Source of the DNA: Candidatus Aminicenantes bacterium
GTDB taxonomy: Bacteria; Acidobacteriota; Aminicenantia; Aminicenantales; JAFGBC01
DNA length: 64,000 bases
Assembly: GCA_963702005.1 (NCBI GenBank)
Contig: OY969696.1
Span: forward strand, 2,336,001-2,400,000
Direction: 5' to 3'
Part shown: one piece after another, positions 55,468 to 64,000 of the stretch
How positions within the stretch are numbered: the stretch's first letter is position 1
Layout: the number at the start of each line of letters is the position of its first letter
Program-made: the position numbers and the translations under genes
Notes under the pieces: model-generated
Told to the model about the DNA's origin: nothing
The model's input: the letters and a program-made list of their open reading frames with translations, nothing else
Databases searched by the model: none

Positions 55468-57231
55468 TCACTGGGCCATTTTGACTTTGAGGGCACGCAG
55501 CGGGATAGCGCCGAAGCTGAGGAGCTTCTGGAGGAATTCCTTCTGGCTGTAGGCGTCGCCCTTGAGCGCCTTATAATCTTTTTCCATATCCAGGATTTCC
55601 TGGTAGCCGATGTAGGTGATGGCCGCCTCGCCCGGATTCAGGACGATCTCGTCAAACCTCTGTTCGGCCTCGGCCTGGGTCGTGAACCCGAATTGAGTCA
55701 TATATTTTACGACCTGGTCTTTATTATAGGTTCCCTGGTGGATGTTGATGTCCATCTGGAAGTCGATGGCGTTCTTGAGGAGGAGCTTGAGCTGGTTGAG
55801 CCGCATCCGAAGGTCATAGTTTCCGTAGCCCGAGAACATGAGCGTCTCGCCCAGGCAGACCGGCCAGGCCTTGAGCAGCGCCTGGTTGGCGGCCATACGC
55901 CTGACGAGAGAGGGATTCTGCCGGGAGACGACGGTCGGGACGAATCGACCGGGGTAGACTTTCTGCACGATCTGGAAATCCAGGAAGAAATGATTCTGTT
56001 CTTCGAGATACTGCCTGGCTTGCTCATCCGTCCAGCTGTCCGGGATCGGTCGAATCCAGAGGGTGAAGGGACCGGCCTGATCGAACGGGCCGGGACCGAT
56101 CAAGAGGCTCCAAGCGGTCCCGCGCGCGTAGGGCGGCATGGGCTCGATTTTCAATTCATCGGCCGGGAGGTCGACGATCTGCTTCTGCGCGAGGAATTCC
56201 TTGATGTTGGCGGTCGCCTTGACGATCTGCCCGACATAATCTTCGCGGGAGGGATGTTCGACCTTGAGCTTGTCCAGGACGCCCTGGATGACCGTGTTCA
56301 GCCCCGCCTCCTCGCCCCGCTGGGCGACGATCTGGTCGGCGTTCACGGTCGGATACATGATCTTGAAGAACGGCAGGCAGGCCAGCCCCATCGACCGGCG
56401 GATGTTGGTGACATCCGCCTTGGAGCGAGCCACCACCTCTTCGTTGATGGCCAGCGTCCCCTGCGTTTTATCGCGCAGGATCCTGGGGTGGGCTTCGCCG
56501 ACCCGGAAATTCTCGGTGGACTTGGGCAGAAGCTCGTTCTGGAGGAAGCTCCTGTAATCTTCCAGGGCCGCGATGACCTTTGCGGTCTCGGCGACGAGGG
56601 CCGCCTGGTTCGCCGACGAACCGGCCAGTCCGGGGACATCGTTCCTGTAGAAATCGATGATGGCCGGAATCTGGGCGAGAGCGGTCTCCACGTAAAAACG
56701 GGGAGGAGTCTTGAGATTGTCCTTGGCTCTCTTGACCAAGCCGGGCAGGAGCTTGGCCCGTTCCGTCGCGCTCTTGACCCGGGCGTCCAACGGGCCGGCG
56801 TTTTTCATCAGAAGACTCCAGACGCTGTTGAGAAACAGCCCGTTATAGCAGAGGGGGTTGTACTCCCAAGGAAGGAGCATTTCGAAATCGATGAAAACGG
56901 TGTCCAGGAAATTGACCATCATATCGTGATCGATCTGGAGATCGGGCGAAAGCTTGGTCCTGTCGATTTTAGCGATGAGCTCGCTGTTGGAGGCGTCCAG
57001 GCTGTCGTGGAACTTTTCGACCGCCCCGTTGCTCAGATCCTCGAGCTTGTCGTTGTACTTCACAAATCCGGCGAGAGTCCCGGCCGTGGGGAAGAACCTG
57101 AAGTAACCGTCCCAAAAGTTGTCCAGAAACTTCTGGAATTTAGCGTCCTCCCCGTTCTGCTGAGCCAGGATCCCTCCGGCCCAGCCGAGGCAGACGGCGA
57201 GCGCGACGACGGCGATGATGGCTTTCTTCAT
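55468..57231 (-). CDS. Exported DUF885 family protein
   Basis: Signal peptide; FPTAGTLAG..YNDKLED, PGEAAITYIG..EI, F..KLLSFGAIPL. Confidence 0.75.
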   Translation of the reverse strand: MKKAIIAVVALAVCLGWAGGILAQQNGEDAKFQKFLDNFWDGYFRFFPTAGTLAGFVKYNDKLEDLSNGAVEKFHDSLDASNSELIAKIDRTKLSPDLQIDHDMMVNFLDTVFIDFEMLLPWEYNPLCYNGLFLNSVWSLLMKNAGPLDARVKSATERAKLLPGLVKRAKDNLKTPPRFYVETALAQIPAIIDFYRNDVPGLAGSSANQAALVAETAKVIAALEDYRSFLQNELLPKSTENFRVGEAHPRILRDKTQGTLAINEEVVARSKADVTNIRRSMGLACLPFFKIMYPTVNADQIVAQRGEEAGLNTVIQGVLDKLKVEHPSREDYVGQIVKATANIKEFLAQKQIVDLPADELKIEPMPPYARGTAWSLLIGPGPFDQAGPFTLWIRPIPDSWTDEQARQYLEEQNHFFLDFQIVQKVYPGRFVPTVVSRQNPSLVRRMAANQALLKAWPVCLGETLMFSGYGNYDLRMRLNQLKLLLKNAIDFQMDINIHQGTYNKDQVVKYMTQFGFTTQAEAEQRFDEIVLNPGEAAITYIGYQEILDMEKDYKALKGDAYSQKEFLQKLLSFGAIPLRALKVKMAQ

Positions 57232-57308
57232 GAAGTCCTCCTTGCGTCAATCACGTTCAAATCCTAACATATGCCGAGCCCGGCGGCAAGCCGCGGGCGT
57301 CGAGGACC

Positions 57309-58310
57309 CTACCATCGGATGACGGCCGAGGCCCAGGTAAACCCGGAGCCGAAGGCGGTCAGGACGACCAGGTCCCCGGCCTTGATGCGGCCGTCCTTGA
57401 CGGCTTCGTCGAGCGCGATCGGGATCGAAGCGGCCGTCGTGTTGCCGAGCCGGTCGATGTTGCGGATGACCTTCTCGGGGGCGATCTTGAGCTGCCGGGC
57501 GACCATCTGGCTGATCCGGTCGTTGGCTTGGTGGGGGATGAGGTGGTCGACTTGGTCGATGGTCAGGCCGTTGTGGCGGAGTCCGGCCAGGACGGCCTCG
57601 GGCATCTTCTCCACGGCGTTCTTGAACACGTTCTTCCCGTCCATCTGGGGGAAGAATTTGCCGGTCTGGAGGAGTTCCGGCGAAAAGGTCGGCTTATCCT
57701 TGGAGCTGGGCTTTTCCATGCAGAGATCCGCGACATGCCGGCCGTCGGCGAAAAGATGAGTCGAAAGGACGCCCCGCCCCTTGGCGGCCTCGGCCGGCTC
57801 CAGGATGACGGCGCCCGCGCCGTCTCCGAACAGGACGGCCATGTCGCGGCCCGAATCCGAGTAATTGAGGTTGTGGGATTGGACCTCGGCGGCGACCAGG
57901 AGGATCTTTTTGAAGGTGCCCGTCCTGATGTATTGGTCGGCGGCCGACAGGCCGTAGATGAACCCGCTGCATTGGGCGCGAACGTCGAGCGCCCCGATTT
58001 CCGCCAGCCCCAGCTTGGCCTGAATCATGACCCCGATGCCGGGGAAATAGTGGTCGGGCGAGATGGTCGCGGCGATGATGAAGTCGATCTCGGACTTGTC
58101 GATCCCGGCGTCGGCGATAGCCCGCAGCGAGGCCTCGACACCCAGGTCCGAGCTTCCGATCCCGGTCTCGGCATGACGACGGGTGAGGATGCCCGATCGC
58201 TGACGGATCCACTCGTCGGACGTGTCCATGAGCTTGGCCAGGTCTTCGTTGGTGACGACATCCGGGGGGACGTAGTGGCCGGTGCCGGTGATGACCGTCC
58301 GTGTGTTCAT
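57309..58310 (-). CDS. fabH: 3-oxoacyl-ACP synthase III
   Basis: DTSDEWIRQRSGI, AQCSGF, LFGDGAGA, PHQAN, GNTTAASIP, AFGSGFTW. Confidence 0.93.
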   Translation of the reverse strand: MNTRTVITGTGHYVPPDVVTNEDLAKLMDTSDEWIRQRSGILTRRHAETGIGSSDLGVEASLRAIADAGIDKSEIDFIIAATISPDHYFPGIGVMIQAKLGLAEIGALDVRAQCSGFIYGLSAADQYIRTGTFKKILLVAAEVQSHNLNYSDSGRDMAVLFGDGAGAVILEPAEAAKGRGVLSTHLFADGRHVADLCMEKPSSKDKPTFSPELLQTGKFFPQMDGKNVFKNAVEKMPEAVLAGLRHNGLTIDQVDHLIPHQANDRISQMVARQLKIAPEKVIRNIDRLGNTTAASIPIALDEAVKDGRIKAGDLVVLTAFGSGFTWASAVIRW

Positions 58311-58483
58311 TTCAGGTCCGGGCAATTATAATCAAAAGAGAAGAAAAAATAAAGGCGGATTTTTTTAATAAATTGGATATTACGTATTTTTGGATATCGG
58401 AGTCTCTCCCCGCCCGCCGGGAGGATGACGTGTTGACCGCGCGGAAGGGAGCGGATATCATGTTCTTGAGGACCGGATCGGGA

Positions 58484-58984
58484 ATGAAACGCGCACGGAT
58501 TTCTCTTGGCATCGCCTTAGGGTTTGTCTTGGCCGTCGCGTTCGGTCAGGCCGGGACGGCTCAGGATACGGAAATGCTCAAGGCGGACTGCACGGTCGTG
58601 CCGCCCCGCCTGTCCCGAGGCCAGTCCGGGAAAGTCGTCATCCGCTTCACGGTCCGGGAGGGCGTCGAGATCAGCCCGCACCCCGATTTCATCATCGAGT
58701 TCAACCCCGGGCCGGAGTTGATTTTTTCCAAGAATTTCTTCACGGCCCGGGATTTGGAGATCGAGGTCGATGAAAAAGCGGAGGGGGAAGCCTTGAAGCT
58801 GGGCCGATCGGTCGAGATCCCCTTCACGGTCAGCAGCGAGGCGAGGCGCGGCACTCATCGCTTCGAGGGGCGGGTCAAATATTTCGCCCGCTCCCGCCGG
58901 GAGAACTGGTGCGTCAAAGAGACCGTCCGGTTTGCCGCCGGCTATTATACGCGCTCGTCTATCGTGCGCAAGCCGGGCTCTTGA
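58484..58984 (+). CDS. Exported hypothetical protein (DsbD N-terminal/Ig-like)
   Basis: Signal peptide; beta-rich; GRVKYFA...WC. Confidence 0.5.
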   Translation: MKRARISLGIALGFVLAVAFGQAGTAQDTEMLKADCTVVPPRLSRGQSGKVVIRFTVREGVEISPHPDFIIEFNPGPELIFSKNFFTARDLEIEVDEKAEGEALKLGRSVEIPFTVSSEARRGTHRFEGRVKYFARSRRENWCVKETVRFAAGYYTRSSIVRKPGS

Positions 58985-59006
58985 GCGGGCCGGGCGGCTC
59001 CCGGCC

Positions 59007-59978
59007 CTACAGCCAGCCCCGTTCCCGGTACCAGCCGATGGTCTCTTGAATCCCGTCCTCGAGCGGAATGGACGTCCGGAATCCGAGGACGGCTTCAGCT
59101 TTCCCGACATCCTGGACCCAACCCTCCTGGATCATCTCCCGGTATTTATCGCGGCCGAATATCCCCGGGCGGCCGATCAGCCGTCCGACCAGGTCGGCCG
59201 TTGAGGCGGCTCCCCAAGCCAGAAGCCGCGGCACCCGGACCGGCCGGACTTTTCGTCCCAAGGTCCGCGCGGCGGCCCGGCCGATCTCGTCCCAGCTCGC
59301 CGCTTTCCGGTCGGCGATGTTGAAGATTTCCCCCGATCCGACCTCGGTCCGGGCGGCCCTCCACAGGGCTTCGACCAGGTCGCTGACATGGCAGATGCTC
59401 AGAAGCGGCGTCCCGGAACCATGGCGGGGCAAGAGGCCCAGCCGGACGATTTTGAAGTACTGGAGGAAATCCTTATCGCGGGGTCCATAGACGGCGCCGA
59501 CCCTGAGGATGACGAGCCGAAAGCGGTCTTTGAAACGGAGGGCTTCCCGTTCGGCGGCGAGCTTGCTCTTGCCGTAGTGGGAGACGGGCCGGGCGGGATC
59601 GCCTTCCAGGATGGGCCGGCCTTCGAAGAGGGGACCGGCCGCCGCCAAGCTGCTGAGGAGGACGACCTTAGGCCGGATTCCCTGGCTGGCCAGGCTGTCG
59701 AAAAGACTTGCCGTTCCTTTTTGGTTTACAGTATAATAAACAACCGATTTGGACGCTTTGGTCGCGCCCGCCAAGTGGAAGACGGTATCGATATCGGACG
59801 GGAGAGGCGGGATCGTCAGGAGATCCCCCCGGACGCAGTCGACCCCGAGGCCTTTCAGCCATTTCAGCCGCGCCGGGTCCCGGACAAGGGCGATGACGCT
59901 TGTCTCCGGCCGCGCGAGCAGAAATTCGATGAGGTGGCTTCCGATGAATCCGGTGCCGCCCGTGATGAAGGCCTTCAC
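59007..59978 (-). CDS. NAD-dependent epimerase/dehydratase (extended SDR)
   Basis: FITGGTGFIG, HLAG, SSLAA, YGKSK, VYGPRD; GTG start. Confidence 0.88.
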   Translation of the reverse strand: MKAFITGGTGFIGSHLIEFLLARPETSVIALVRDPARLKWLKGLGVDCVRGDLLTIPPLPSDIDTVFHLAGATKASKSVVYYTVNQKGTASLFDSLASQGIRPKVVLLSSLAAAGPLFEGRPILEGDPARPVSHYGKSKLAAEREALRFKDRFRLVILRVGAVYGPRDKDFLQYFKIVRLGLLPRHGSGTPLLSICHVSDLVEALWRAARTEVGSGEIFNIADRKAASWDEIGRAAARTLGRKVRPVRVPRLLAWGAASTADLVGRLIGRPGIFGRDKYREMIQEGWVQDVGKAEAVLGFRTSIPLEDGIQETIGWYRERGWL

Positions 59979-60075
59979 GGCCGGGATTGTATGACATCGG
60001 GAGCGGCCGGTCAAATCGGGGCCCGGACCGTCTCGGACCCCGGCGAGACGATCGGAATCGAACGAGGAGGCTGGA

Positions 60076-61260
60076 ATGGATCTTTTTGATAAATGCCTGA
60101 GCTTCACCCGGGCCGGAGAGATGCAGGCCCTGGACCTCTATCCTTACTTCACGCCCATCCAGGAAGCCCAGGGGGCGCACATCAAGGTCAAGGGCCGGCC
60201 CATGATCATGGTCGGGTCGAACAACTATCTAGGCCTGGCCGACGACCCCCGCGTCAAGGCGGCGGCCAAAGCGGCCGTCGACCGCTACGGCGTCGGGACC
60301 TGCGGCTCGCGCTTCCTGACCGGGACGATCGACCTCCATGAGCAGCTTGAGGCCGCCCTGGCCCGCTTCATGAAGAAAGAAGCGGCCCTGACCTTCAGCA
60401 CCGGCTTCCAGACCAACCTCGGCATCATCTCGACGATCGCCGGCAAGGGGGATGTCATCCTGGCCGACCGCATGGTCCACGCCAGCATCATCGACGCCTG
60501 CCGGCTGTCCTTCGCCGACGTCGTCAAGTTCAAGCATAACGACCCGGGAGATCTCGAGCGGCTCCTGGCCTCCCTCCCTCCCGACGCCGGGAAGCTCGTC
60601 GTCGTCGACGGCGTCTTCAGCATGGAGGGCGATATCGCCGATCTCCCCGGCATCGTTCCGATCGCTAAAAAATATAAAGCCCGCGTCCTGGTCGATGACG
60701 CCCACGGCATCGGGGTCTTGGGCGCCAACGGACGGGGCACGGCCGAGCACTTTGGGATAGAGGACGAGGTCGACCTGATCATGGGGACCTTCTCCAAGTC
60801 CTTCGCCTCGATCGGCGGATTCGTGGTCGGAATTCCCCCGGTCGTCTCGTACATCAAACACCACGCCCGCTCCTTCATTTTCAGCGCCGCGGCGACGCCG
60901 GCCTCGGTGGCCTCGGTCCTGGCCATCGTCGAGATCATGCAGAAGGAGCCCGAGCGAAGAAATCGTCTCTGGGCGATCACCAAGAAAATGCGGACGGGCT
61001 TCCGGTCCATGGGCTACGACACGGGGCCCTCCCAGACTCCGATCATCCCCATCCTGGTCGGGGACGACGAGAAGGCCTTCATGCTCTGGAAGCTGCTCCG
61101 GGAAGCGGGGATCTTCACCACTCCCGTCGTCTACCCGGCCGTTTCCAAGGGCCAAGCCCTGATTCGGACGAGCTATGCGGCGAACCACACCGATCAAGAC
61201 TTGGACGCGATCCTGGCCGGCTTCAAGGCCTGCGGCCGGACGCTCGGCCTAATTCCCTGA
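60076..61260 (+). CDS. Alpha-oxoamine synthase, probable serine palmitoyltransferase
   Basis: YPYF, GSNNYLGL, GTCGSRFLTGT, HASIID, DGVFSMEGD, DDAH, GTFSKSFAS (PLP Lys). Confidence 0.8.
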   Translation: MDLFDKCLSFTRAGEMQALDLYPYFTPIQEAQGAHIKVKGRPMIMVGSNNYLGLADDPRVKAAAKAAVDRYGVGTCGSRFLTGTIDLHEQLEAALARFMKKEAALTFSTGFQTNLGIISTIAGKGDVILADRMVHASIIDACRLSFADVVKFKHNDPGDLERLLASLPPDAGKLVVVDGVFSMEGDIADLPGIVPIAKKYKARVLVDDAHGIGVLGANGRGTAEHFGIEDEVDLIMGTFSKSFASIGGFVVGIPPVVSYIKHHARSFIFSAAATPASVASVLAIVEIMQKEPERRNRLWAITKKMRTGFRSMGYDTGPSQTPIIPILVGDDEKAFMLWKLLREAGIFTTPVVYPAVSKGQALIRTSYAANHTDQDLDAILAGFKACGRTLGLIP

Positions 61261-61267
61261 GGCGGGG

Positions 61268-63091
61268 ATGAAAACCCTTCCGATGGTGCCGACCAGAGGC
61301 CGCCTTCCGGTTTTTCTCCTGGCCCTCGTCCTGGGCGCCGGGGCGGCCCGGGCCGCGACCTTAACGATGCCCCTGCACGATGTCAAGCCCGGCATGGCCG
61401 GCAAAGCCCGGAGCGTCTTCGCCGGCAACGCGATCGAGGAATCGGACGTCGAGATCCTGGGCGTCCTCTCCAACATCCAGCCTCAGCGGAGCTTGATCCT
61501 GGCCCGGCTCCGGGGCAAGACCGTGGACCAGGCCGGGATCATCCAGGGCATGAGCGGCAGTCCCGTCTTCATCGACGGCAAGATCATCGGCGCGATCGCC
61601 TACAGCTTTCCTTACGCCAAGGAGGCCATCGCGGGGATTACGCCCATCGATGAGATGCTGGCGATCGTCGATCGGGCGACGCCGCGGACCGTTCCTTCGC
61701 TCAGTCTGTCCCTGACGAACCGGCTGAGCCTGGAAGACCTGTTCGAGAGGAACAAGGACCTGATCCCGGCCGAGGTCTCCCTCGAGGCGGGCGGCCGGAT
61801 GGCCCGGCGGCTCCGCCTGCCCTTGGTCTTCGGCGGATTTTCCAGCCGCGCCGTCGAAAGGGCCAGGCCCTTCCTGGAGCGAATGGGTTTCATCCCGGTC
61901 TTGAGCGGGATATCCTCCCAGGCCCGGGACATGGTTCTGGGCACGGATCTCTCCCTCCACGAAGGCGACGCGGTCGGCATCCAGCTTGTCGGCGGCGACG
62001 CCGACGCTTCGGCGGTCGGGACCGTGACCTACGTGGACGGGAACCGGGTTCTGGCTTTCGGCCATCCCTTCTACAACCTCGGCGCCGTCGATTACGCCAT
62101 GACCAAGGCGCGCGTCGTCGCGGTCGTCCCCAGCCTGGAGAGCTCGTTCAAGCTTTCCGAGACCGAGGCATTGATCGGCGCCTTCAGCCAGGACCGGTCG
62201 GCGGGCGCCCTGGGCGAGATCGGGAGGATGCCGCGCCTCATCCCCGTCAACCTCCGGCTCGAGGAAGAGGGGCGGCCCGTCCGCGAATTCAAGCTCAAGG
62301 TCGTCAACGATAAAATCCTCGGTCCGGCCTTCCTCAATATCACGCTCTCTTCTCTTCTGACGGGGGAGGAGCGCTCCTACGGCGACCTGACTCTCGATTT
62401 CATGGGAGATGTCTACCTCGATAACGGAATGGGGATCCATCTCGAGGATCTCTACTCGGGGAATCTCGACAATTCGGCGACGAACGTCTCCGGCTTGGTC
62501 GCGGCCGTCGTCTACCTCCTCTCGAACAACGAATTCAAGGACCTCGGCATCCACCGGATCGACCTGGCCGTCCGCTCCTCGGATCGGCTCCGTCAGGCCT
62601 CGCTCGAGCGGGTCTGGCTCGACAAGTACGAGGTCTTGCCGGGGGAGCGAATCCAGATCAAGGTCTACTTGAAGGGTTTCAAGGAGGAGAGCATCGTTCA
62701 AGACGTCCAGCTCCAGGCGCCCAGCCTCCCGGCCGGCTCCGAGTTCCAGATCGTCGTCGCCGACGCGGCCTCGATGCAGCTTCTCGAGGCGGCGCAGTAC
62801 AAGACCCGCGAGTTCGTCCCGCGCAGCCTGGCCCAGCTCGTCCGGCTCCTCAACAACCTCCGTAAGAACAACCGCATCTACTTCAAGATCATAGCCTCCA
62901 AGCCGGGCCTCTTCTTGCGCGGCGAAGAACTTCCCAACCTGCCGCCTTCGCTGAAGGCCATGTTCGCTTCCCCGCGGGCGGCGGCCTCCGGCCCGACCGA
63001 GCTGACCCGTTCGACCTTGAGCGATTACCAGCTGCCGATCCCGTTTGTCTTTAAAGGCGCCGTCCTGATTCCCGTCCAAATCCGAAGATAG
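61268..63091 (+). CDS. Exported SpoIVB peptidase S55 domain protein
   Basis: GIIQGMSGSPV..DGKIIGAIAY, AGITPIDEM, GTVT, AFGHPF. Confidence 0.85.
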   Translation: MKTLPMVPTRGRLPVFLLALVLGAGAARAATLTMPLHDVKPGMAGKARSVFAGNAIEESDVEILGVLSNIQPQRSLILARLRGKTVDQAGIIQGMSGSPVFIDGKIIGAIAYSFPYAKEAIAGITPIDEMLAIVDRATPRTVPSLSLSLTNRLSLEDLFERNKDLIPAEVSLEAGGRMARRLRLPLVFGGFSSRAVERARPFLERMGFIPVLSGISSQARDMVLGTDLSLHEGDAVGIQLVGGDADASAVGTVTYVDGNRVLAFGHPFYNLGAVDYAMTKARVVAVVPSLESSFKLSETEALIGAFSQDRSAGALGEIGRMPRLIPVNLRLEEEGRPVREFKLKVVNDKILGPAFLNITLSSLLTGEERSYGDLTLDFMGDVYLDNGMGIHLEDLYSGNLDNSATNVSGLVAAVVYLLSNNEFKDLGIHRIDLAVRSSDRLRQASLERVWLDKYEVLPGERIQIKVYLKGFKEESIVQDVQLQAPSLPAGSEFQIVVADAASMQLLEAAQYKTREFVPRSLAQLVRLLNNLRKNNRIYFKIIASKPGLFLRGEELPNLPPSLKAMFASPRAAASGPTELTRSTLSDYQLPIPFVFKGAVLIPVQIRR

Positions 63092-63103
63092 GAGAGCAAG
63101 GGG

Positions 63104-64000
63104 ATGAAAAAACGCACCGCCCTCGTCCTGGCCATCGTGATCGGCTCGGCCCTCCTGGCCTGGGGCGTCGCCCCTCAGAAGTGGGAATTCCGGAGTCAGA
63201 CGGATTTCCTGAAGGGGAAGTTCGACGGCATTTCCTTGTCATGGGACGGAGTCCTGAGCCTGGCGCCCCGGGAAGAGAAGAGCGCCGGCCCCTCGGAGGA
63301 ATTTTACCTCTCTTGCGTCGCCGGCGAGGAGGGCATTTTCTACCTGGGGACGGGCCACGGCGGCAAAGTCTATCGGATCGCCAAAGACGGGAGCGCCAAG
63401 GTCTATTATCAAGCGGCCGAGATGGACGTGACGGCCCTCGTCCTCGACGAAAAGGGCGTCTTGTTCGCGGCGACATCCCCCAACGGAAAAGTCTACAGGA
63501 TCACGGACAAGATGAAAGGCGAGGTCTTCTTCAATCCCGGTGAACGCTACATCTGGGACTTGGCCTTCATCCAAGCGGGGAATCTGCTTGTCGCCGTCGG
63601 CGAGAGCGGCGGCGTCTACGCGGTCAATCGCCTGGGGGAAGGGGAGTCCATCCTGAAGACGGCCGAGAATCACATCCTCTGTTTGAAACAGGACGGGCAG
63701 GGAGGCATTTATGCCGGGAGCGGAGGGAAAGGGGCCGTTTATCGGATCGCGGCGGGGAAGACCTCGCTGCTGTTCGAGTCGCCCTTCGAGGAAGTCAAGG
63801 GTCTCGTCCTTGCCGAGGACGGAAGCCTGTTCGCCGCGGCCGGCGGACCGTCCCCGGCCGTTAAAAAAGACGAGGCGGCCGGCTCTGCCCTCAAGACCGG
63901 GACCGATGTCGCGGTGACCGTGACCGCCTCCGCCTCCGAAAGCGCGGCCCTGGCCCTTCCGGGCAAGGAAACGGCGGCGATTTTCAAGATCGCTCCCGAC
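63104..64000 (+). CDS. Exported beta-propeller (WD40-like) protein, truncated by the window end
   Basis: ATG 63104 after GGAG; signal peptide MKKRTALVLAIV; repeats such as YLGTGHGGKVYRI, FAATSPNGKVYRI, YIWDLAF; no stop before 64000. Confidence 0.7.
   Translation, partial: MKKRTALVLAIVIGSALLAWGVAPQKWEFRSQTDFLKGKFDGISLSWDGVLSLAPREEKSAGPSEEFYLSCVAGEEGIFYLGTGHGGKVYRIAKDGSAKVYYQAAEMDVTALVLDEKGVLFAATSPNGKVYRITDKMKGEVFFNPGERYIWDLAFIQAGNLLVAVGESGGVYAVNRLGEGESILKTAENHILCLKQDGQGGIYAGSGGKGAVYRIAAGKTSLLFESPFEEVKGLVLAEDGSLFAAAGGPSPAVKKDEAAGSALKTGTDVAVTVTASASESAALALPGKETAAIFKIAPD

Overview
High-GC bacterial chromosome segment. Gene content and style (many exported beta-propeller proteins, S9/S55 peptidases, gltX-glnS) suggest an anaerobic Acidobacteriota/Aminicenantia-like organism; this taxonomy is inference only. 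Main content: (1) a translationally coupled marR-hgcA-hgcB mercury-methylation operon (12406-14175, minus strand) with a near-consensus sigma70 promoter, an operator-like palindrome and a MarR carrying two Cys-Cys pairs. (2) An IS110-family, IS1111-type element (18002-19296). Its subterminal inverted repeats, circle-junction promoter and candidate bridge/seek-RNA guides matching its own target and donor sites can be read directly. (3) Two inverted, mosaic IS1380 copies, each with its own 6-bp target duplication, around gltX-glnS, tRNA-Arg, a K+ channel, tRNA-Lys and a small integrase-less island. The island carries a B12-binding radical SAM gene and tRNA scars, and a stand-alone SIR2-like gene lies just beyond the second IS1380. 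(4) A specialised type II fatty-acid/polyketide cluster (45206-52494) with a non-canonical KS III. (5) A probable serine palmitoyltransferase divergent from an NAD-dependent reductase. The remainder is housekeeping (pfkA, rpoZ, tatD, fabH, polyprenyl synthase) and peptide-utilisation genes. No CRISPR array or rRNA was seen. All calls come from motif reading by eye; no database searches were run.
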